A stretch of 64,000 nt of DNA, from positions 640,001 through 704,000 of the forward strand of contig CM000433.1 of the NCBI GenBank assembly GCA_000165345.1. Direction: 5' to 3'. The notes below the pieces were generated by a model, which was given only the letters and a program-made list of their open reading frames with translations, ran no database searches and was not told the origin of the DNA. This document shows positions 1 to 8,169 of the stretch, piece after piece (position 1 is the first letter of the stretch; every line of letters starts with the position of its first letter). The translations under genes were made by a program, and so were the position numbers.

Positions 1-136
1 ACAATTCCAGTTACTGAAATTAAGATGGAATCAGTTATAACAGAATTTAATATTCCCGAACTTTCTTTAAAGTTATTTAATATACATGATATGTCTTTTT
101 CCAGAAAGAAATTGGAACCATTTGTTAAAGATATAA

Positions 137-2152
137 TTAATAATAAGCTTCGATTTTAGACAAATTTTTTGAAACTATGTACTCAGCATACAGATTTGAA
201 TAATCTTTAATTAATTCTTTTAATTCCATCTTAGAATTTCCATGGAAATTAATTCTAGATATAGAACTAGAATCAGAATTGGAATCATTTTCTGAATAGA
301 AGCTTGAACTTGGACTAGAAATAGAGCTTTGGCTGGAACATGATTTGGATCTGGGTTCTGACTTGGACCTAGACCTGGAGTGTGATTTGGATTTGGATTT
401 GGATCTGGGCTTGGATCTGGATCTGGACTTGGAGTATGATCTGGACTTGGAGTATGATCTGGATCTGGATCTGGATCTGGATCTGGATCTGGATCTGGAT
501 CTTGATCTTGATCTTGATCTGGACCTGGATCTGGATTTTGACTTTGAACAAGAACTAGAGCTTTTCTTTTCAAGCCTGGAATTTTGAATATTTAGCTTTG
601 TATTAATTTTGGGTACCTTTTTGAAACTAGTATTATCTTCATTAATGGTACAACTATTAGCTTTATTGGGTACTAAATTGTTGGCTTTCTTTCTTGTAAT
701 GCTTCTTCCCTTTCGCTTTGAATTGCCTTTTCTTATGTAGATCCTAGATTCTGTCTCAGACTGTGAACCTAGTTCTGATTCTAATTTACTAACCAAACCC
801 CTAATCTTATTCATTTTTAACTCTCCATCTTTTTTAAATGATATTCTTGGTTCAGAAGCAGACCTAGACTTGGTTCTGGATTCTGATTTAAATCCAGATC
901 TTGATCCAGACCTCGATCTAGACCTAGAACTAGAGCTGGAACTGGAGCTGGAGCTGGGACTAGAACTGGGGCTGGATTTAAGTCTTCCTTTCTGTTCACT
1001 ATTCCCAAGCTTATGTTTAACTCTTTTAATGCTAATGCTAACATCAGTATCAATGTAACTGTTTCCTTCATCATTATAACTGTATTCTGCTTTATCTTCA
1101 GTCTTTTCATGATTTTTCTCCTGTTCAAATTTGATATGATTATTAGCACCAGAATTGCTACTAGTATGAGGCCTAAGGCCACGGTTTTGTTCAAAACTTC
1201 TATTATTCATAGAATTATTTGCATTTGCCATTGGATATTGATCTTTAAGTTTACATGGATTATTGTTTTCCAATTTTGAATAGAAACAATTTTCATTACT
1301 TGGATTCAAATTTATTGAACTTGAAAGTATTTCATCCAAATCTGTTATGCTAATTTTATTTCTCAAATTAATGATTTGCATTCTTTTTGGATCAATCAAC
1401 AAAATTATAGGCTCCCTCAATAACTTGGACTCTTGCATAATTATTGATTTTAATTCGCCATTTTCACATTCAAAAGATTTACAATTACCATTACGAGTCT
1501 CAAATTGTTGGTATTCTAAATCCATACTTTTATTCATATTCATTTCCATATCCAGTCCAATATCAACTTCCAAATTATCTTTAAAGAAAGGACTCATATT
1601 TCTTAAATATTCTTTCAATCTTTGACATAATTGAAAGTAAGATTTGCAGATTCTATTATTACTTTTAAAATCAAAAGAAAGATAATCTCCATTTTCTCCA
1701 CTAGTATAAACTTTCTTCTCAAAATCCATAATTGAATTGCTCATACAATCCATACTAGTTTTCATTACATTTGTAAAATTTTCTAATTTATCCATCATCT
1801 TCTTCAATATCATCTTTCTTTCATTCATTAATTCATCCACCTTTCTTTCTACTACTTTTATTGCAATCTCTTTCACATATAGTCCATCCCTTCCTATACT
1901 TTCATTCAAACCTTGCAAACTTTCTTTCCATAATCCTAAACGATCCTTCATTATTTCCATCTCTTTCATTGAATCATCATACATTTTAATATTCATTAGC
2001 AAATCATTTCTGCTCATTTTATCATCTTCAATATTATCCAACTCTTCTTCAATCCTTCTTTGCTCATTTATATATTTGTTATAGTCAAGCCCTCCTGTCC
2101 CAAATTGACCATTTTCATCTTCCTCTTCATCTAATTGATATCTATTATTCAT
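137..2152 (-). CDS. Arginine/serine-repeat (RS-domain) protein with an N-terminal helical or coiled-coil region. The C-terminal half is long (SR)n and SSPSSS runs.
   Basis: 671-aa ORF on the minus strand. RS dipeptide runs are encoded by (GATCTG)n-type hexamer repeats at ~340-545 and ~860-975. E2F-like and AP2-like promoter motifs lie upstream at 2490-2615. The N-terminal ~300 aa are non-repetitive. No specific family recognised. Confidence 0.65.
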   Translation of the reverse strand: MNNRYQLDEEEDENGQFGTGGLDYNKYINEQRRIEEELDNIEDDKMSRNDLLMNIKMYDDSMKEMEIMKDRLGLWKESLQGLNESIGRDGLYVKEIAIKVVERKVDELMNERKMILKKMMDKLENFTNVMKTSMDCMSNSIMDFEKKVYTSGENGDYLSFDFKSNNRICKSYFQLCQRLKEYLRNMSPFFKDNLEVDIGLDMEMNMNKSMDLEYQQFETRNGNCKSFECENGELKSIIMQESKLLREPIILLIDPKRMQIINLRNKISITDLDEILSSSINLNPSNENCFYSKLENNNPCKLKDQYPMANANNSMNNRSFEQNRGLRPHTSSNSGANNHIKFEQEKNHEKTEDKAEYSYNDEGNSYIDTDVSISIKRVKHKLGNSEQKGRLKSSPSSSPSSSSSSSSSSRSRSRSGSRSGFKSESRTKSRSASEPRISFKKDGELKMNKIRGLVSKLESELGSQSETESRIYIRKGNSKRKGRSITRKKANNLVPNKANSCTINEDNTSFKKVPKINTKLNIQNSRLEKKSSSSCSKSKSRSRSRSRSRSRSRSRSRSRSRSRSRSYSKSRSYSKSRSRSKPRSKSKSKSHSRSRSKSEPRSKSCSSQSSISSPSSSFYSENDSNSDSSSISRINFHGNSKMELKELIKDYSNLYAEYIVSKNLSKIEAYY
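340..975. repeat. Two hexamer microsatellite tracts ((GATCTG)n / GACCTG / GAGCTG variants, ~340-545 and ~860-975) that encode the RS dipeptide runs of the RS-domain protein.
   Basis: Direct reading: gatctggatctggatctggatctggatctggatctt... Because the unit is 6 nt, all three frames on both strands are open here. This generates the spurious overlapping DPDP / LDLD / IQIQ ORFs in the track. Confidence 0.9.
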
Positions 2153-2489
2153 TACTTATACTTTTGACTGTTTTTATTACTTTCTTCAACTTTTTTTTAC
2201 CTTTTATTACCAGAAAATTAAAAAAAAAAGAAAACAGTCAAAAGAATCCAAAGATTTAAGAGGAAAAAAAAACAAATATACAAAAGTGGGGCAAAATCAT
2301 TAACAAATCCTTGCTAATAATCTAATCTACTCTCCAACCAAGTATCACACTTTTTTTCCAATAATCTATCAATTTTCTCATTCTCATCTAATAAATAATC
2401 ATAATTTAGCCTAATATTTCTCACAATCATCCTCGACTAATTTGTTAATCCTTATACTCACATTAATTCCTGTAATAATCCTCTACCAT

Positions 2490-2615
2490 ATATTGGGCGG
2501 GAACCCCCCACATGCAATAACTAAATTTAAATAGAACTTGGCGGGACAATATTCAATTTGAACTTTGCATGTAAATTTTGGTCCACTAAATTTGACTGCA
2601 TGTGTGGCGGTAAAA
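2490..2615. promoter_or_regulatory. Promoter motif cluster for the RS-domain gene (minus strand, start at 2152): two E2F-like sites (GGGCGGGAA, GGCGGGAC), a C6 G-box, and GCATG elements.
   Basis: tattgggcgggaaccccccacatgcaa ... cttggcgggacaat ... ttgcatgtaaa ... gcatgtgtggcggtaaaac. Motif classes (E2F-like GGCGGG/GGCGCC, AP2-like TGCATGCA, G-box) have been reported as over-represented upstream of Cryptosporidium genes. Confidence 0.55.
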
Positions 2616-2731
2616 CTTCTACTCAGTAATACTATTAAAGAATGTTTAGAGTAATCATTTAGAGTATTTAAAAAAAAAAAAAGAAAATTAAAGAGAATGC
2701 TTGCGAATTCTACATTGAGAAAGAGTGAGTT

Positions 2732-5506
2732 TTAGCCTTTATTATCAGATAAACCTAAACTGGTTTGCTTACATAAACTAATCCACTCTTTATCACTTAT
2801 CTGGGAAGTCAGCCTACGCTCACTTTTCTCCTTTGGATCCGTATTAACCTTAGAGGTGTTATTTACTTGCTTTTTATCACTTTCGCTGATGTTATCATTT
2901 TCTGCTTCACCGTTTTCTGCTTCTCCATTTTCTGCTTCTCCGTTTTCTGCTTCTCCATTTTCTGCTTCTCCATTTTCTGCTTCTCCGTTTTCTGCCTCTC
3001 TATCTTCTGCTTCACCGCTTTCTGCTTTTCTATTTTCTGCTTCTCTATCTTCTGCTTCACCGCTTTCTGCTTTTCCATTTTCTGCTTCTCTATCTATCTC
3101 TTCTTCTCGATCTTCTATTCTCGAAGGTTCATCACATTTAGTTTCTATAATATCATAAAGTTGCTCCAACTCCTCATGAAGTTCTTCAAGCTCCTCTTGT
3201 TGTCTATCACATTGGTCTTCAAGACCTTTAATCACTTTCTGGAATGCTCTAATTTCTCTATCATGCTGTATAATATCATTATCCAGGCGTTGAGCCATCA
3301 TCGCAAAAAATCCAATATAAGGCTCTGGAGCTCTTCTTCCATATGACTTTAATGGTCTAATTAGCTCTCTTATTGAAAGGATTTCATTTCTATTTGCAAT
3401 ATAAGGATCAGGGAAATCTTCTAAATGTCTTAAAATTTCATTCACTTGTTCCCTACTTAACAATCCATCCATATTACCACTCATTTCATTATGATTATTT
3501 CTACCTTTAGAATTTAAAGCTAATACGGTATCTGATTCATTCTCAACTTTATTTCCACTATTCAAATCACGTCCTGAGAAAATCCCAAGTCCAAGACTTG
3601 TTAATTCTTTTTCTATTTGGAATACATAGTTATTCTCATTTGATAGATGTAAACTTTCAATTTCTGTATCTTCTATTTCATTATATACTATTCTTCCATC
3701 TTCCTTTGAATTCTGCTGATAACTACTTTTTGAGAAAGTTAGTAAATGTTTCTTTAATCTATGGTATATTCTTACCATTTCTTGAAGTTGATTAAGTAAC
3801 CTATTTTCATTATTTATTGACCTTTCCCATTGTTTATTTAGAATATATAACATTTGTATAATACCAATACTTAAGTATTCATTATTCAAATAATTTGATT
3901 TATAATCTTCTAAGTTTACCATAAATTCATAAGCATTTTCAAAGTAGTTTAACAAATATCTTGAAGAGTCATGATCATATTCTCTACTTAATTGAGATCC
4001 ATCCAAAATTTCTTCATCATATAGAATTTCTTCTACAATCCAAAGTTTTAATCTGACTAATGTGAATAAAAGTCTCTTGTTAATCATAAAAACTTGATCA
4101 ATACTTGATTTCATTCTATCTGAAAACTTTGAAGATCTTGATGTATTAATCACTGGAATTGAATCCATTGAATTCTTTTCTGTTGTTATATCTGAAAATG
4201 ACATGATTCTACTAGAATTCATTGAAGTTCTTTCAGATGCTGAACCTGCCATTTCAATCTTTTCTTTTAATATTGAAATTTGTTCATCAAGCTTTAATAA
4301 AAAATTCTTTTTTTCATTATATATATTCTCTTCATCTTCTTCTCCATTTTTTTCTAATCTATATATAATTTCATTAACTTCAGTTTTTAAAGGAGAAAAT
4401 ACCATCTTAATCTTATTTTCACTTGGACCAGAATAACCAATATTATTAGATTTCTTACCAATCTTTGAATTATTATTACTATTATTAGTGGAGTTATTAT
4501 TATTATTATTGCCATTATCGTTATTATTGTTATTTTCTAAATTCATATCTTCTAATAGTTGAACCTCCTCATCTACTAAATATTGTTTTATTAATATCAT
4601 TTTTGATTTAAAGTATATAAATCCATTCAATCTTACCATTATTCTCATCCAATTACGTTTATTATCAATTTGATTTTTATTAATATTGGTGATTACATTA
4701 CTATCACATTCGTAATCTTGATCTTCATTATTGAAATTATGGTCTAATTTCCCATATATATTATCTTGAGAGTCATTAACATTTCTTCCTAAATGATTAA
4801 CTCCAACCTTTAAATCACCAACAAATTTTTCTGTCTTATCATTAAATAGTACATGTCTTATATTACTTTTCACAGTTACTTTACTTGAATCAGAACTATT
4901 TGATGAGAGCTCATTATTAAACATTAACTCATCCTGAAGTGTTTTAACTTCTTTATTTCTAAATGTACAATCTGCCATAGATTCAATCCTTGATTGCATA
5001 TCAACTTCTGTCATAATATTATTTCCATCATTACAGCTTTCTAATTCTGCAATTCTTTGCTTAGAATTCTCCAATATATCTTTTAGTTCTGATATATCTC
5101 CATTTAATCTTGAAATTTCCTCCTTAAGAAATTCGATTTCTTCTTGATTTTTACGTATTATTTCTTTATCTGTTTGTGTTTTTTTTATTAATAACTCCTT
5201 TTCGTGAGTTGTTTCTTTTAATCTCTCTTTTAATGCATTCATAAAATGTTTCTGAGTTTCAGATTCATCTACTTTGTTTTTTAGCTCCAATAAAGTGCTT
5301 TCTGATATTAAAATAGTTGAATTATCCTTTCCTTTTAATGCTGATATATCGATATCAGCTTGAAAGTTTTTAATATCTGATAGACTACTAGTTCTATGTC
5401 CATTTATTCTACGAATTCTTCCACGAATCTCCTCCAGAGAAGCATCATCATAAACATTAGTTTTCATTCTTCTATCAAAAATCTCTTCTCTTGAATTTCT
5501 TCCCAT
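2732..5506 (-). CDS. Large coiled-coil protein with C-terminal (EAENG)n pentapeptide repeats and Asn-rich low-complexity inserts. Function unknown.
   Basis: 924-aa ORF. Heptad-like charged segments such as ELEELHEELEQLYD and LKEEISRLNGDISELKD. A 15-nt tandem repeat at ~2893-3100 encodes the EAENG units. No catalytic motif recognised. Confidence 0.6.
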   Translation of the reverse strand: MGRNSREEIFDRRMKTNVYDDASLEEIRGRIRRINGHRTSSLSDIKNFQADIDISALKGKDNSTILISESTLLELKNKVDESETQKHFMNALKERLKETTHEKELLIKKTQTDKEIIRKNQEEIEFLKEEISRLNGDISELKDILENSKQRIAELESCNDGNNIMTEVDMQSRIESMADCTFRNKEVKTLQDELMFNNELSSNSSDSSKVTVKSNIRHVLFNDKTEKFVGDLKVGVNHLGRNVNDSQDNIYGKLDHNFNNEDQDYECDSNVITNINKNQIDNKRNWMRIMVRLNGFIYFKSKMILIKQYLVDEEVQLLEDMNLENNNNNDNGNNNNNNSTNNSNNNSKIGKKSNNIGYSGPSENKIKMVFSPLKTEVNEIIYRLEKNGEEDEENIYNEKKNFLLKLDEQISILKEKIEMAGSASERTSMNSSRIMSFSDITTEKNSMDSIPVINTSRSSKFSDRMKSSIDQVFMINKRLLFTLVRLKLWIVEEILYDEEILDGSQLSREYDHDSSRYLLNYFENAYEFMVNLEDYKSNYLNNEYLSIGIIQMLYILNKQWERSINNENRLLNQLQEMVRIYHRLKKHLLTFSKSSYQQNSKEDGRIVYNEIEDTEIESLHLSNENNYVFQIEKELTSLGLGIFSGRDLNSGNKVENESDTVLALNSKGRNNHNEMSGNMDGLLSREQVNEILRHLEDFPDPYIANRNEILSIRELIRPLKSYGRRAPEPYIGFFAMMAQRLDNDIIQHDREIRAFQKVIKGLEDQCDRQQEELEELHEELEQLYDIIETKCDEPSRIEDREEEIDREAENGKAESGEAEDREAENRKAESGEAEDREAENGEAENGEAENGEAENGEAENGEAENGEAENDNISESDKKQVNNTSKVNTDPKEKSERRLTSQISDKEWISLCKQTSLGLSDNKG
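2893..3100. repeat. About 13 tandem copies of a 15-nt unit (ttctgcttctccRtt), coding for (EAENG)n on the minus strand.
   Basis: Seen directly: gcttcaccgttttctgcttctccattttctgcttctccgttttctgcttctccattttct... Copies alternate A/G and c/t variants. Confidence 0.9.
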
Positions 5507-6597
5507 TATTAGATTTATATTTCAATTTTATAGTCAAATTTTACCCATTAATAAATTATTTCCAAGATTACTAGTACAAATCTTGATATTTCTTTAATAC
5601 CAGTTTGCTTTTAATGTTCTCAATTGACTTAAAGACAAAAATGAAAAGAGATTTTTTTTTTTTTTTTTTAAAAAAAAGGAGAGGAGATAGGGAGAGAGGA
5701 AGAAAGAAAAAAAAAAGGTCCAAATACTCTTTTTCTTCTTTCTATTTAATAAGCACAATCTATTATTCTTCAATTCATTTGTTTCTAACTCTTTAAACTA
5801 TTTTTTTTTCATATTCTCATTCCAATCTAAAGTCTAGTTTTTTTAGTCACACAAGCTATCTCCTTTTCTTTCTGAATATAAATTAATAGGTTAAATATGC
5901 ACTTATTTATATTCTTTTAATTATATTTCTACTTTAACTTGAAATTCCAAATTTTATTTCTTCTCTCTGAATATTTTACTCAGACGGTTAATTAATTAAA
6001 AATGCAATAATATGAAAAGAAAAAAGAATTCTTTTTTTCTTTTTTTTTTATACAATTACTTTTCCTTTTGCTTTTAATTGTAATTATATAATTAAAGATG
6101 TATTTATTTTTCATTATTTATTGTAAAGACACTTTCCCGCCTAAATTTTACATGTCATTGTCATGCATTATTTTATTAATTATAATTGAAAATTAACTAG
6201 ATAAATAATTCTTAAATACCTCTTTTTTTTTAAATTGTATTTTTTTTAGATAATTATTTAAATTAAAAACATTATGTGCTTTGACAAATTATTGAAGATT
6301 TATTGAATGTTAGGAAAAAAAAAGATATATTAAAAATAATACAATAAGATATATCAATATTAGAAAAACAAATAATCGCGCCCTGGCGCCAAAATTTCAA
6401 GTAAAAGTAAAATAATATTGTAAAAATACGACAAGGAGTAAATAAAAGTGTGGGAAAGTAAACGTCAAGTAAAATGAATAGTAATTTAAAGCTGCACATA
6501 TTTAATTATAATATATTTCACATATTAATAGTACATGAATTAGGTGTATGGAGAGAAGAAAATAAAATAGTATAGTTAATTATTAAGTAATAATAAT

Positions 6598-6660
6598 AAA
6601 AATAATAATAACTGTTGTTTATCCTTAATACTATTATTATTATTATTATTATTATTAAAT
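6598..6660. repeat. AT-only microsatellite ((AATAAT)n then (ATT)n) in the long divergent intergenic region.
   Basis: taataataataaaaataataataac...ctattattattattattattattattaaat. Confidence 0.8.
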
Positions 6661-6909
6661 TAGTCTAGTGTTTTATTGCTAATATCTTTTTAATATTTTA
6701 ATAGGATAAAGTTATTGAAGATAATATTTTGTTGATTAGTTTTTCAAATTTTTAAAGAGATCATTGGCTATTGGCTTGAAAGAATAAATCAAAAAGTTGA
6801 TAATAGAAAGAAGAAGAAAAAAAGTTAATTTACAATAATTTTGACAAGTAATAATTAGAAAATAATAAATACATTTAAGTAAATAAATATAAGAATATTA
6901 GAAGAAAAA

Positions 6910-7980
6910 ATGGCATGCCCAAGATTGTTAAGCGATAATGATTTATGTAGATTTAGAACAAAACCTTGTAGAAGATCAAAGCAAATGGGATGTGATTTTG
7001 GAATTACTAGATGCCAATACTCACATAACATTTACTGGCCAAGAAGATGCCCTTTCTATCTCTCAAACCAAAGTACTATTAGGTATATCCCAGTTTTGTG
7101 TCCTGATATCATAATTAAAGAGGATGAGAGTTCAATTTCACATTGCAATAGAGGAGGAGGATGTCCTTTTGCTCATTCTTATGAAGAAATTAATTATCAT
7201 CCTTTAATGTACAAAACAAAGATATGCGAACAATTTCAACGTGGAGATTGTAATACTTATTATTGTCATTTAATTCATGGATTAGCTGAAAGGCGAGAAT
7301 CTAAAGTTTATTTGCTACCATATACGCAAAATGTTCAAGTTCCTAATTTTCCTGGTGTTGTAATAGCTAATAGAGTTAACAAACCGTTTGTTGCAAATAG
7401 CCAACTGAATTATCAGACACAAAAGTCTTTAGTTAATAATGAGAATATTTGTAATAATCATGAAAATGGTTTTATCATTAGGAGAAATAATTTTGAAAAT
7501 ATGATTTCTGATAAATGGAGTGAAAGAATTTTTTCTCAAAATAATAATGGTGATGATTTTTGGAAATCTACTGAAAATGACGAGCTAACTACAATGGATT
7601 CTATTTCTAAATCAGAATCTGAAAATAATAACTGTGAAAATATGAAATCATCAAAATTGGTTACTAAAACACCTGCACCACATGCTTTAAATAGAATAGA
7701 AAATGATAAATCTGTCCAAGAAAAAATGAGAAATGAAAATATTCTCAATGTCTTTAGAGCATTTGTACTAGAAGATAATGATATCTTATCAGTTTCTAAT
7801 GATAATTGTAGAGTCCAAGCAATTAATTCTACACTTTCTAATAACAAAATCCAACAATTAAAAGTTAGAAACGAAAACCTTCAGACTCAAGAACATAGTA
7901 AAAGTTTTAATCACATAATTGAGGACTCTGAGATTATTAAGAATAATGAAAATTCAAATACAAGCAATTTTTTCGATTAA
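6910..7980 (+). CDS. CCCH (C3H1) zinc-finger protein, likely RNA-binding.
   Basis: 356-aa ORF. Several C-x7-8-C-x5-C-x3-H-like units at the N-terminus (CRFRTKPCRRSKQMGCDFGITRCQYSH; CNRGGGCPFAHS; KICEQFQRGDCNTYYCHLIHG). The C-terminal half is low-complexity N/S-rich. Confidence 0.7.
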   Translation: MACPRLLSDNDLCRFRTKPCRRSKQMGCDFGITRCQYSHNIYWPRRCPFYLSNQSTIRYIPVLCPDIIIKEDESSISHCNRGGGCPFAHSYEEINYHPLMYKTKICEQFQRGDCNTYYCHLIHGLAERRESKVYLLPYTQNVQVPNFPGVVIANRVNKPFVANSQLNYQTQKSLVNNENICNNHENGFIIRRNNFENMISDKWSERIFSQNNNGDDFWKSTENDELTTMDSISKSESENNNCENMKSSKLVTKTPAPHALNRIENDKSVQEKMRNENILNVFRAFVLEDNDILSVSNDNCRVQAINSTLSNNKIQQLKVRNENLQTQEHSKSFNHIIEDSEIIKNNENSNTSNFFD

Positions 7981-8169
7981 TTAATAATTAGATTTAATTT
8001 ATCCTAGCCTTTTCAAAAACATGTATTATTAATTACTCTATTTCTAAAACCGTTAAAAAAAAAGTGAGGGGCGGGGGGAGCATGCATTTGAATCCCTGCT
8101 TTTGCAAATTTAATGAAAATAATTCAAATCTTTTTTCCCCTACTCCCTCTACTCCCTCGCTATCCAACT

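Noticed and set aside
220-1194. ORF-track entries 220..573(-), 345..587(+), 369..551(-), 817..1194(-) and 870..1058(+) encoding DPDP / LDLD / IQIQ / PAPV peptides.
   Set aside because: They are frame-shifted or antisense readings of the stop-free hexamer microsatellite inside the RS-repeat gene. They have no independent start context or promoter.
2856-3346. ORFs 2856..3158(+), 2863..3078(-) and 2867..3346(+) encoding FSASP / KQKxEKQK / FCFSxF repeats.
   Set aside because: Alternative-frame translations of the 15-nt tandem repeat within the 924-aa coiled-coil gene. Repeats of 15 nt keep every frame open.
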